Below, piece by piece: positions 25,401 through 37,599 of a stretch of 60,000 nucleotides of DNA. The position numbers and the translations under genes are program-made. The stretch is from Mobula hypostoma. Lineage: Eukaryota. Position 1 is the first letter of the stretch, and every line of letters starts with the position of its first letter. The notes under the pieces were generated by a model that was not told the origin of the DNA, did no database searches, and saw only the letters and a program-made list of their open reading frames with translations. The stretch is taken from NCBI RefSeq assembly GCF_963921235.1, contig NC_086107.1, forward strand, positions 98,334,001 to 98,394,000, written 5' to 3'.

Positions 25401-25920
25401 GATAAGAAAAATAGTTATCAATCAATTTAAATGGAAATTTATAATATAAGGGAACTTTCCTGTAATACCATGGGCTCTTAACTTGGTAAGCAGCCTCGTG
25501 TGCGACACTTTGTCAAAGGCCTTCTGGAAGTCCAAATATACAACATCCACTACATCCCCTTTATCTATCCTACTTGTAATCTCCTCAAAGAATTCCAACA
25601 GATTTATCAGGCAGGATTTTCCTTGAAGGAAACCATGCTGACTTTGTCCTGTCTTGTCCTGTGTCACCAAGTACTCCATCACCTCATTCTTAACAATTGA
25701 CTCCAACATCTTCCCAACCACTGAGGTCAGGCTAGCTGGTCTATAATTTCCTTTCCGCTGCCTTCCTCCTTTCTTAAAGAGTGGAGTAACATTTGCAATT
25801 TTCCAGTACTCTGGCACCATGCCAGAGTCCAATAATTTATGAAAGATCATTTCTAATGCCGCCACAATCTCCAACACTACCTCTTTCAGAACCCTAGGGT
25901 GCAGTTCACCTGGTCCGGGT
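22454..25920 (-). mobile_element. CR1 LINE (ORF2 RT half), split by an L1
   Basis: GNYRPASLTSVVGK, QHGFLQGKSC, YLDFQKAFDKV (25422-25877); RPHLEYC (22791-23300); tail at about 22454. Confidence 0.92.
23553..25452 (-). mobile_element. 5'-truncated L1/Tx1-type LINE nested in CR1
   Basis: Perfect 17-bp TSD AACTTTCCTGTAATACC (23536-23552 and 25453-25469); YLGIKI, GRINAVKM-FLPK, GGLALPNF, C-x2-C...H..WSC Zn-knuckle; A-rich tail. Confidence 0.93.
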
Positions 25921-26654
25921 ATGTTTCGATGTTTCGATGCACATGTGACAAATCAAGCCAATCTTTAAAAACAGGAGCCTGGGGGACTTCACTGTGTTCT
26001 TAGCAAGCACCTAGTCACACTCAGCACCTTCACGTGCCTTTCTACCTACTCCTGACTGAGTCCGTAAAACAAGTCTTCCTGAGTCATGAGATTACAGATT
26101 GTGATGGAATACTTTTCTTCTGCTGCTGACGTCTCTCTCCTATTTTTAAATATGCACATCTGTTCCTAAAACATTCTATAAGCATAAAAATAGCACAGAA
26201 CTTGAAGCAATATGCCGAGAAACCAATGCAGTACTCCTTTAACATTACAATGCCAACAGCACAACACACCCTCTGTACTGTGAATCAAACACACTATTGT
26301 CTCCGTAATTCTGATTCTGACAGTCCAAGAGTAAGAGATCATGTCAGCACAGAAACTGACCATTCAGGTCACCTAGTCATGCCGAACTATTGTATTGCCC
26401 AGTCTCATTGACCGGCAAAAGGATAATAGACTCACCATAGCCTCTCCTCCCCATCCAAGCACCTACCCAGTGTAGAAATAAACCCTGCTTTCACCACTTC
26501 TGCTGACAGCTTGTTCCACTACCCCGTTCCCACTCAGGTTCCACTTAAATATTTCACCTTTCACCCTTGACCTCTAGTTCTCGTCTTGTCCAATCTCAAC
26601 AGCAAAAGCCTGCTTGAATGCACTCTCTTTATACCCCTCATAATTTTATATACC

Positions 26655-27735
26655 TGCGACTTCAAAAGTAAAGCACTGTCTGCAAAGTCACAGCATGCCA
26701 AAGTCATCTAGCCGGAGCAAGCCTAGTCTCTGCCGAAACGAGTGCCGGTAATTCGCCTTTCCTCACCGGAGCAACCCTGTCCGGTTACTTCGCTGAAGCG
26801 AGCCTGCAAAGTTTCCTCATCAAGGTGGGTCCGTCAGTTAACCCACCGGAGAGAATCAAGAGCCGCTGTCTACTGTTCCCGGGCCGAGTCGAGAGCTCGG
26901 CACTACCCGGAGGTTCCAAGTGCCATGTCCTGGCTCCAGCGGCATCCAAGTACCACATTCATGTCCTGGCCCTGGCAGCATCCAAGTACCATGTCAAGTC
27001 CTGATCCTGGCGGCTTCCCAGTTCTGAGTCTAGTCCTGGCCCTGGCGGTCTGTGATTCCTGTCCTACCCCCTTGTCGGATCCCTTCTCTGCCCCTCTCGC
27101 CTCTAGCCCTCATCTGCAGCCCCCGCCTGCACTTCAGTCTAGTTCCATCACCGGAGCTAGATAGGTACTGTCTGGCTTTCATTCGTGTTGGTCTTGTCCT
27201 GTCCTGTCCTCGCCTCCGTGGGGTAAGTCAGGCCGTCTTGCCGTTGCCCCACGGGGGTCATGTCTTGTCGTGTCTTGTCCTCGCCTCCATGGGGTAAGTC
27301 TGGCTGTCTTACCGTTGCCCCGCGGGGAGTCCTGTCTTGTCTTGTCCTGTCCTCGCCTCCTTGGGGTAAGTCAGGCCATTTTGCCGTTGCCCCGCGGGGA
27401 GTTGTGTCTTGTCTTGTCTTGTCCTTGCCTCCGTGGGGTAAGTCAGGCCGTCTTACTGTTGCCCCGCGGGGAGTCGTGTCTTGTCGTGTCTTGACCTCGC
27501 CTCCGTGGGGTAAGTCAGGCCATCTTGCCATTGCCCCGCGGAGGGTCATGAGTCCCGGCCCTATGTCCCGTACCCAAGGAGGGGTCCTGGCTCTCTGTTC
27601 TGTGTGTGAATCCCGGCCCTATGTCCTGTGCCCAAGGGGGGGTCCCGACTCTGTGTTCTGTGTATGTGTCTGTGGTTCCATGTGCCTGCTCTCCCTTGCC
27701 CCACCCTTGCTCCTAAAGCCCCCGCCACTGTGGCA
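26655..27735 (+). mobile_element. LTR-like element with internal ~72-bp tandem array (5 units), partial
   Basis: Inverted homologue at 59059-60000; ends ...GCCACTGTGGCA; unit CCTCGCCTCCGTGGGGTAAGTCAGGCCGTCTTGCCGTTGCCCC. Confidence 0.65.
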
Positions 27736-28580
27736 GATGCCTACGGCATGTTCGTAACACCATTGAAGACTCGTCCCATCCCGGACACTGCCTGTTCAAT
27801 CTCCTGCCATCTGGCAGGAGATACAGAAACACCTTAGCCAAGAAGGTAAAAACAGCTTCCTCCTGAGGGCTGTTGTGCAGCTGAATAATGCCACACCCCG
27901 GCTTGCCAACGGCCTTTGAGTGTACGGACCATCAAGATCACATGTTGCATACAAATATGGAAATTCTTTTTTAATTAAGCCATATGGCATGCACTGTAAA
28001 TGTCTGTTTTGTACAGACTGGAGTAGCACTACAATCTCGTTGACTTGAGCAATGACATTAAAGTTCTGTTTTATTCCTACCTGTTCATGAGTCTATCTAG
28101 ATACTTCTTAAGCATTGCCATTGTAACTACTTCCACCACATCCACTAGTTCTATGTACTTACGGCTCTGTTTAAAAAACATATTTTCATCATAAATCTCC
28201 TTTAAACTTCCCCCCGTCTCTGCCCTCTATGATTTGACATTTCCACTCTGGGAAAAGGCTCTGACGATATAGTTTACCGATACCTCTGATTGTGTTATTT
28301 ACTTCCATCAGATGGCCCCTCCGCTGCCGACAGTCTCGAGCAAATTTGTCTGACCCCTCCTCAAAGTTAATACTCATGGATGCAGTGTTCCCAGCACTAC
28401 AATTCTGACAAGGCAATACTCCATCAGAACTACAGCTCTGTTGATGTGTCTCATTGGTCATTGTTGCAATTCCAACTGTGTATTGCCTCTTCCGTAACCA
28501 AATTCCGAAGGTGCAATATTCCCTCTGGGTATTGTTATTTGCACCGGGGCCCAGCGGAGACTAGCAGCCGGCGCGACAGC

Positions 28581-28924
28581 CAATGTTCCCTCTAATTTGT
28601 AATGACCAGTGTGTGCAAAAGTCTTGCGCTGTGCAGTTTTCTGCCCAGTGACAACAACATGCGCGCCCTGAATAATTACTTCAATAAACACAGTATAAAT
28701 AAGCCTGTTCTAAAATCTGCAGACAAATCATCGCAAACTCCTCGTTGTCAACACTGTCCGTATCAGAAACCAAAAAGGAAATGTGATTGTGTACGATCGT
28801 GAAATATACTTGACATGCCAACGAGGTGGAGGGTGACAACCTTTTGTGCGCGGTTTAAATTGCTCTGTGCGCTAGTAGCAGAAGATGGGTGCGCGCATAT
28901 GCGTACGCCTTAGAGGGAACATTG
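28581..28924. mobile_element. hAT-type MITE (344 bp)
   Basis: Perfect 15-bp TIR CAATGTTCCCTCTAA; 8-bp TSD GCGACAGC/GTGACAGC. Confidence 0.9.
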
Positions 28925-29110
28925 GTGACAGCCAACCAATCAGAACAATGAGTCAGGCCAATATAAATGAGCACTTGGCAGAAACAACACTCAATTGCAC
29001 GCTGATGATGTCACTTCAACTAGTGACGAGACGTTTGCAACCCAACCTCCAGGCTCGGTAAACAATAGCCAAACCGAGCTACCAACCTTCCATTCTCTTC
29101 CATTTCACAC

Positions 29111-29725
29111 ATGAAATGCTGTCTCAGTATCGCAATTTATGAAATGTCTCGGTATCGCGATTTATGAAATGTCTCGGCATCGCGATTTATGAAATGTCTC
29201 AGTATCGCGATTTATGAAATGTCTCGGTATTGAGATTTATGAAATGTCTCAGTATTGAGATTTATGAAATGTCTCGGCATCGCGATTTATGAAATGTCTC
29301 GGTATTGCGATTTATGAAATGCTGTCTCAGTATCGCGATTTATGAAATGTCTCAGTATTGAGATTTATGAAATGTCTCGGCATCGCGATTTATGAAATGT
29401 CTCGGTATCGCGATTTATGAAATGTCTCAGTATTGCGATTTATGAAATGTCTCGGTATTGCGATTTATGAAATGCTGTCTCAGTATCGCGATTTATGAAA
29501 TGTCTCGGTATTGCGATTTATGAAATGTCTCGGTATTGCGATTTATGAAATGTCTCGGCATTGCGATTTATGAAATGTCTCGGTATTGCGATTTATGAAA
29601 TGCTGTCTCAGTATCGCGATTTATGAAATGTCTCAGTATTGCGATTTATGAAGTGTCTTGGTATTGCGATTTATGAAATATCTCGGTATTGTGATTTATG
29701 AAATGCTGTCTCAGTATTGCGATTT
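29111..29725. repeat. Minisatellite, 25-bp unit with 28-bp variants, about 24 copies
   Basis: Unit ATGAAATG(CTG)TCTCGGTATCGCGATTT. Confidence 0.95.
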
Positions 29726-29874
29726 TGACCAGGCAACCAATACTTCATTGCAATTCTGACAGTAGAGCCACTACTATTCAAAGGCCACTCTGTATTGTCA
29801 TTCTGATAATACTACCTTACAACAGTGATATTTATGGAGGTGAATGGAAACAAAATTGACAGATTCTCACAAAA

Positions 29875-30275
29875 ATACACACACAATGCTGGAGGAACTC
29901 AGCAGGCCAGGCAGCATCTATGGAAAAGAGTACAGTCGGCGTTTCGGGCCGAGACCCTTCAGCGGGACTGGAATAAGAGAGTGGAAGAAGGTGGAGGGAG
30001 GAGAGGGAGAAGTACCAAGTGGTAGGTGATAGGTGGAACCAGGAGAGGGGAGGCGGTGAAGTAAAGAGCTGGGAAGTCGACAGGTGAAAGAGATAAAGGT
30101 CTGGAGTAGAGGGAATCTGATAGGAGAGGGTAGAAGGTCATGGAAGAAAAGGGAAGGGGAGTAGCACCAGAGGGAGGTGATGGGCAGGTAAGGAGATGAG
30201 GTGAGAGAGGGAATGGGAATGGGGAATGGGGAAGGAGAAGGGGGCGGCATTACAGGAAATTTGAGAAATTGATGG
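29875..30275 (-). mobile_element. Penelope-like pLTR remnant
   Basis: Reverse complement of the 16000-16410 family; hammerhead-like motif 29933-29970. Confidence 0.75.
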
Positions 30276-30425
30276 TCTCACAATGGTGGGATGTGATGGA
30301 GTACAGTAGATTAGTTAATTAATTATAGGGTAACTAATTACTGGTAGTGTATGGTTATGTATAGGAACTGAGGTTACATTTTTGCACAAATCTAACAGCA
30401 GAAGGGGTAACGGGAAAAAAAATGC

Positions 30426-30431
30426 TTTATT
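30426..30431 (-). promoter_or_regulatory. Candidate polyadenylation signal of the FAM20C-like gene
   Basis: AATAAA on the minus strand about 130 nt after the stop codon. Confidence 0.65.
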
Positions 30432-30559
30432 AAACTGTTAAAACCGGAGCCCAGCCTCAGATTATCGACAAAGTTCCAGCGTACACAGCACTGTGGGCCC
30501 CTGCTTTCAACCCGCCATCGTGTCACACCTTTCACTCCCCCCCAGCCACGCACCCTCCC

Positions 30560-30803
30560 TCACCGCTGGGACGCTGACCAGACTCCCATGTCGTTCACCA
30601 CCACGCTGAGCTCACCCTGTTGCCTGATGCAGCTTCGGGCAGTTTCCAGGACGGTGAGCAGCCTGCGGTTGAGGGCGGAGAGGTGAGGCTCGGTGAGGAT
30701 GGGGGACAGCCGGTCACTCCGCAGTGACTCCCGCATGACGTCGCTCAGCCTGTAGGGCCCTGTGGCCAGAAGTTGGAGGCGAAGGAACGTGCTTCTCCGT
30801 ATC
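30560..30803 (-). CDS. FAM20C-like kinase terminal coding exon (equivalent to exon 10)
   Basis: Acceptor tgtgtgcAG; encodes [80 protein letters not shown] then TGA at 30562-30560. Confidence 0.94.
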
Positions 30804-31084
30804 CTGCACACAATGACAATTTTTTAAAAAGCCATCGGACAGCAACTCAGCACAGTGTAAAACCATTTCTGACCCAGCTGTGGCTGTGCAGCCTGAGTTT
30901 CAAGACAGAAGTCAGAGGAAAGGGTGATTCGCAGGGCAACGGGTGGGAGAGGGAGCTGGGGTGAGTAGCAAGGCAAGGTTTAAGGGGCAAATACTGCAGG
31001 GCGAGGGTCACAGGTCATGGGGGTCGTCACAGAGGGAATAAACCGGGTTCAGTCACAGGGGCTGTGCCTTAGAGTGGGACTTAC

Positions 31085-31144
31085 CGGCAGCATTGCTGAA
31101 GGGGGGCCAGGATTGAGAGCTCATCATGAGAGTGCCTTCCGAAC
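31085..31144 (-). CDS. FAM20C-like kinase exon (60 nt, equivalent to exon 9)
   Basis: Acceptor ttttctttccaAG, donor CG/GTAAGT; encodes FGRHSHDELSILAPLQQCCR. Confidence 0.94.
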
Positions 31145-32524
31145 CTTGGAAAGAAAACAAGTAAACAAATGCATTGGCTTCCATCCAGGCTCAAAACGGA
31201 GTTTATTGTCGTGCACAAATACATATTATATATCATCATCGTCATTATGTGCCGTGTTGTATGACATCATCATTATGTGCCATGCCATTGCCATATGACA
31301 TCATTATTATGTGCTGTGACATGTGACCTGGGTGAACATGGTCCTATGACCATGATTGTTCTTGGAAAATTTTTCTACAGAAGTGTTTTGTCATTGTCTT
31401 CTTCTGGGCAGTGTCTTCACAAGACTGATGACCCCAGCCATTATCAATACCCTTCAGAGATTGTCTGCCTGGTGTCAGTGGTCACATAACCAGGACTTGT
31501 GATATGCACCAGCTGCTCATACGACCATCCACCACCTGCTCCCATGGCTTCACGTGACCCTGATCGAGGGCTAAGTAGGTGCTACATCTTGCCCAGGGTG
31601 ACCTGCAGGCTAGCAGAGGGAAGGAGTGCCTTACACCTCCTTTCGTAGAGACATATCTCCACCCTGCCATGTGCATTCTGCATATGCACAGGTGCAACAA
31701 CAAACTTAACTTGCAGCAGCATCGCAGATAAACAGCATTCACAAGAAAAAGGTAAACATAAATTACACACTTTTTTAAACAAAATGAACAATTAGGATTT
31801 TAAAAGAATCAAGTGATCAAAACGGCCTTGGTGTTGCTGAACTCCAGTGATTAGGGACGTGCGGGCTGGTTCAAGAACCAAATGGTTGAAGGGAAGCAGC
31901 TGTTCCTGAACTTTCATCTCCTAAAGCCAAATATATACACACAACCCTGAGATTTATTTTCTTGTGTCCACATTCAGCAAATCTATAGAAATAGCTATAA
32001 TAGGTTTGATGAAATATCACCCAGAGAGCTGAAGATAACAAACTGTGCAAATACAAATATACATAAATAGCGATAAATAATGAGAACGTGAGATAATGAG
32101 ACAAAGAGTCCTTGAGAGTGAGATCAGTGGTTGCAGGAATATTTCAATGATGAGGTAAGTGAAGTCTCTGTGGCTAAAGGCACTGGGTATCGCAGAGGCG
32201 GTGGGACATGACAACATTCTGGCAATTACATTACTGAACAGTCACACTCCAGGTCTGTCTGTGCCCTTTGACTAGCTGTTCCAGTACAGCTACGACACCG
32301 GCACCTCCCCAGCTGTGTGGAAAACTGCTCCATATTCACCACCATCCATGACTCCTCAGCTATTGAGGCAGTCCAAAACAAAATGCAAGGGCCAGACAAT
32401 ATCCAGGCCTGGCCTATAGCTGGCAAGAAACATTAATGTCACACATACCAAGCAAGAATGATATCCAATGAGGGAAATTTCAGCTAACATCCCCTGGCAT
32501 TACATCATTGAATCCCAAACTATC

Positions 32525-32542
32525 ATTATCTATCTGTGTCTG

Positions 32543-32573
<31 letters not shown>

Positions 32574-32816
32574 GTCTATCTATCTATCTATCTATCGGTC
32601 TTTCTATCTATCCATCTGTCTGTCTGTCCATCTATCTATCTGTCTTTCTATCTATCTGTCTGCCTATCTATCTGTCTGTCTATCTAACCATCTATCTATC
32701 TATCTGTCTTTCTATCTATCTGTCTGTCTGTCGGTCTATGTGTCTCTATCTATCCATCTGTCTGTCTATCTATCTATCTGTCTACCTATCTGTCTATGTG
32801 TCTATCTATCTATCCA

Positions 32817-32852
<36 letters not shown>

Positions 32853-32895
32853 TCTGTCTGTCTGCCTATCTATCTGTCTGCATATCTATCTATAT
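32525..32895. repeat. Compound (TCTA)n/(TCTG)n microsatellite
   Basis: Directly visible. Confidence 0.97.
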
Positions 32896-32904
32896 ATTTA
32901 TTAG

Positions 32905-33164
32905 GTATTCATTGGGATACAGCGTGAGTTGGATACTTCCAGACCTTCAAGCTCGGCAACCACCGATCTAATCCCAGCCTAATAACGGGAGAACTTATAA
33001 TGTTGACCAAAGCTGGTAGGTCTTTGGACTGTGGGAGGAAACCGGAGCACCTGGAGGAAACCCACGCGGTCACGGGGAGAACGTACAAACTCCTTTCAGG
33101 TGGTGGGAGGAAGTGAGCCCCTGTGGCCTGTACTGTAAAGCGTTGTGCTGACCACTGCACTATG
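32905..33164 (-). mobile_element. HE1-like V-SINE
   Basis: V-domain GGGAGGAAACCGGAGCACCTGGAGGAAACCCACGCGGTCACGGGGAGAAC on plus strand; tRNA-like head. Confidence 0.8.
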
Positions 33165-33559
33165 TATCTTGGGGAGTTACCATCGATGGAGCAGCCATGT
33201 CAACAACGTGGTTACAAGAGCAGCTCAGAGACTGGGAATCCTGTGGTGAGTAACTTTCCTCCTAACTCCCCAAAACCTGTCCATCATCTACAAGCTCAAG
33301 TCAGGAGTGTGATGGAAGATCCTCACTTGTCTGGGTGAGCACAGGACGGAGCCCACAGAGCTAATATATTGTGCAGGAGTGAAGTAGGAGGAGCTGTGTG
33401 CAAGGACAAAGCGATTGATCGACAGAGAACGTAGGCTTGATTTGATTGGCAGGAGCAGTGGAGGAGAGATGAGGAAAACTTTGTCTAGCTAAAGAGTAGT
33501 GGGGGTCTTTAACTTACTGACTGAAGGAGTGATGAGGTGTGAGGGCAGAAATTGTAAGC

Positions 33560-34395
33560 ACCGAACACCCGGATGGGTATGTGAAGAACGAAGAAAAATG
33601 GCAGATGCAGTTTAGTGCTGATGGGTGTGAGGTGTTGCCTTCAGTAGGACCAGCCAGGGTAGGTCTTACACAGGGAACGGTAGGGCACTGAGGAGTGTGG
33701 TAGAACAAAGGGATCTGGGAATACAGGTCCATAGTTCATTGAAGCGGACGTCACAGGTACACAGAATCATAAAGAAAGCTTTTGGCACATTGGTGTTCAC
33801 AGATCCAGGTATTGAGTACAGGAGGTGGGATGTTATGTTGAATTTGGAGTGTTGTGTGAAATTTTGGTCACCTACCTACAGGAAAGTTGTAAATAAAGTT
33901 GAAAGAGTACAGAGAAAATTTACAAGGATGTTGGCGGGACTGGAGGACCTGAGTTATATGGAAAGATTGAATAGGTTTGGACTTTATTTCTCGGAACATA
34001 GAAGATTGATAGGAGATTTGATAGAGGTATACAAAATTTTGTGTGGTACAGATAGAGTGAGTGGAAGCAGGCTTTTTCCACTGAGGTTGGGTCGGACTAC
34101 AACTAGAAGTCATGGGTTAAGAATGAAAGGAGAAAAGTTTAAGAAGAGGACGTGAGGAGAAACTTTTTCACTAAGAGGGTCATGAGAGTGTGGAACAAGC
34201 TGCCAACTCAAGTGGTGCATGCGAGCTCGACTTCAACATTTAAGAGAAGTTTGGATAGGTTATATGAGTGATAGGGGTAGGGAGGGCAATGGCCCGGGCG
34301 CAGATCGATGGGAGCAGGCAATTTAAATGGCTCAGCATGGACTAGAGGGGCCAAGTGGCCTGTTTCTGTGCTGTAGTTTTCTACGTCTCTATGAC
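33560..34395 (+). mobile_element. CR1 3' fragment
   Basis: QRDLGIQVH...ERVQRKFTRML; typical CR1 3' UTR. Confidence 0.85.
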
Positions 34396-34634
34396 TCTGT
34401 GTCCAAGAGCTGGCTACAGAGGTATCTGAGGCAGCTGCATGTTTTGCTGCCATGGATATGGTGCATTTAAACTTTTTTATGATAACTGGATTCTGCCCCT
34501 TTTCCAGGAAATTCTTTCTGTTAATTATCATACTCTCTCAACATTCCACCTCGTCCCTTTGTTGAATGTGTTCAACACCTATCTCCCTGCGATCTGTTCC
34601 CTCTCTTGTCATTTTCAACTTCCCTTTGAGGCCA

Positions 34635-35200
34635 CTTCAAAGTTCAAAGTAAATTTATTGTCAAAGTACATGTATGTCACCATATACAACCCCGAGATTC
34701 ATTGTCTTGTGGGCATACTCATTAAATCCATAATTGAATAATAACCATAATAGCATCAATGAAAGACTAAACCGACTTGAGTGTTCAACCAGTGCACAAA
34801 AGACAACAAACTGTGCAAATACAAAAATAAAGAAATAACAATATAAATAAATAAGAAATAAATATCGAGGATATGAGATGAAGAGTCCCTGAAAGTAAGT
34901 TCATTGGTTGTGGGAACATTTCAAGGGCAAGTGAAGTTGAGTTACCCTCTTTGGTTCAAGAGCCTGATGGTTGAGGGGTAATAACTGTTCCCGAACCTGG
35001 TGGTGTGAGTCCTGAGGCTCCTGTACCTTCTTCCGGATGGCAGCAGCGAGAAGAGAGCATGACCTGGGTGGTGGGGGTCCCTAATGATGGATGCTGCTTT
35101 CCTGCGACAGCATTTCATGTAGATTTGCTCAATGGTGGGGAGGGCTTTACCCATGATGGACTGGGCCATACCCACTACTTTTTGTAGGGTTTGCCGTTCT
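34635..35200 (-). mobile_element. Rex1/Babar LINE 3' fragment
   Basis: RKAASIIRDPHHPGHALFSLLPSGRRYRSLRTHTTRF. Confidence 0.8.
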
Positions 35201-36649
35201 TTGCAAACTCTAAACACTAAATCTGCAAGAGCTCCTACAGGGGTGGCATTAAGAGCATCCTAACTGGCTGCATCGCTGCCTGGTACAGGAACTGCATCAA
35301 CCTTGGTCGCGGGGCACTACGGAGAGTGGTACGGACAGCCCAGCACATCTGTGGATGTGAACTTCCCTCCATCGAGGACATTTACAGCAGCAGGCGCAGA
35401 AAGAAGGCCTGGAAGATCATTGGGGACACCAGCCACCCCAACCATAAACTGTTCCAGCTGCTTCCATCTGGCAAACACTAGCACAGCATTAATGCCAGGA
35501 CCAACAGCTTCTTTCTACAAGCCGTTAGACTTTTAAATTCACATGTTTGTACATTGTGACGGAGTCATAACGCAAAGATTTTTACTCCCTCACATTGTGG
35601 GGTGGATGTAAGATTTAAATAAATTCAGATTCAAACATACAAGTTACAAATCAAACCCTCCTTTATCTGTAAGTACACCAGTTCAGATCAAACAATAGAC
35701 CATAGAATTACAATCAAGTGTTAATACAAATTTGCCAGCCTTATCTCTGAGATAACATTGGTCTTTAAGAAGGCTTAGAATCCTTGAACGGTTTATAAAT
35801 TGCTTTTTGCCATGCGAAAGGATGTAATATATCTTTTTATTATCAAATCCTGTGTTTGTCATTTTGGAAGACATTGTCTGTTGAGGAATCACTGTCCCTA
35901 TAATGACCTAATCTTATCTTGATGACTGAGTTGTGTACTTTTACAGCTGTGTAATATATCCTTCTGACTGAGCCATATCTGTTTATTACAAAACCTGTTT
36001 TTAAAGAGCAATGAATCTTTAGTAATGGATCTAGACACCTAATTGACTAATCCTACCCCGTGGGGTACTGATACTGACCACCTCGGGGAAGAGTGATCAT
36101 AATATGATTGAAGGTGATTTAGTTCATTCTCAGAGTCTAAATTCTAAACAAAACAACGAGAAGTTGATGGCAGATCTTGAGAAAATATATTAAACATAAG
36201 ACAATAGAGCAGTAATGCCTGATATTTAAAGAACAATATGTTTATAATAGATATAACATATCAAGGCACAAAACCCCATCTGGAAAAGCAGTGCAGATGT
36301 GGCCAGCAGGAAAAGTTAAAGACAGAAATGGGTGAAAAGAAAAGATTGCCAGAAAGCACAGTGGACCTGGAGATTGGGAGCATATCAGAATTCAGCAAAC
36401 AATAAGTTGATAAGGAACAGGAAATATGGAAATATTGCAACAGGAGTGATTAAAAAGCAGATGGTAAAAGCCTCTATAGATACGCGAAGGAGTAGATTAA
36501 TGCAGACTCCTTACAGATGCAGACTGAGAAATTACACTTGTGGATAAAGAAGTGGCAGAGAAACTGGGCAAATATTTGGTGTTTGCGATAAGAGTAAAAC
36601 TCCACCCAGAAATAAAGGAGGACAACGGGTCAAGACAGAATTAGAATTA

Positions 36650-37590
36650 GAATTTTTATATCTTACATCCATCTCACAACGAGGGATTAAAAATCTTTAT
36701 GTTGCATTTCCATCGCTGTGTAGAAGCAACAAGGAAGGGAAATGTGGGAAGATGTTGCCCAAACACTAAGATTGTATACATAATTGTTTTGTGTGCATGT
36801 ATGTAGTCAGATACAATGTACAGTCAGATATTCAATCAGAGCAATGTGTATTGATAAATCTGATGGTCTGGTGAAAGAAGCTGTCCCATAGCCTGCTGGC
36901 CCTGGCTTTAATGCTGTGGTACCGTTTGCCAGACGGATGCAGCTGAAACAGTTTCGGGTTGGGGTGGTTGGAGTCCCTGATGATATTTCAGGCCCTTTTT
37001 ACGCACCTGCTGCTATAAATGTCCTGAATAGAGGACAGTTCACATCCACAGATGCGCTGGGCTGTCCACACCACTCTCTGCAGTGCCCTGCGATTGAGGG
37101 AGGTACAGTTCCCGTACCAGCTGGTGACACAGCCAGTCAGGATGCTCTCAGTGGTGCCCCTGTAGAAAGTCCTGAGGATCTGGGGACTCGTGCCAAACTT
37201 GTTCAGCCGTCTGAGGTAAAAGAGTGTTGTTGTGCTCTTTTCACCACACAGCCAGTAGGTGAGATGTACGCCGAGGAACTTGAAACTACTCACTCTCTCA
37301 ACTACTGCCCCGCTGATGTCAACAGGGACTAGACTAGAGTAAATTCTCCATTCCTCCCGTAATCCACAATCAACTCCTTTGTTTTCTCGACGTTGAGGGA
37401 GAGATTGTTTTCTTGGCGCTACTGTGTCAGGGCATTGACTTCTCTGAAGGCTGTCTCATCATTTGTTGGAAATAAGGCTGATCAATGTTGTGTCATCTGC
37501 AAATTTGATCAGCAGTTTGGAGCTGTGTGTGGCAATATAGTCGTGTGTGTATAGGGAGTAGAGAAAGGGCTCAAGACAGAGCACTGGCGA
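36650..37590 (-). mobile_element. Rex1/Babar LINE RT fragment
   Basis: KFADDT, SSFKFLGVH, LFYLRRLNKF, ESILTGC. Confidence 0.8.
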
Positions 37591-37599
37591 GCTCAAGAG

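Noticed and set aside
27157..27757. Repetitive ORFs (PDLPHGGEDKTRQD...) as a repeat protein
   Set aside because: Translations of a ~72-bp tandem array inside an LTR-like repeat; the second copy has frame-breaking unit lengths
29111..29725. CRISPR-like array
   Set aside because: Units are contiguous with no unique spacers, there are no cas genes, and the context is vertebrate
32468..32971. Hydrophobic ORFs (YLSIYLSI...)
   Set aside because: Artefact of the (TCTA)n microsatellite
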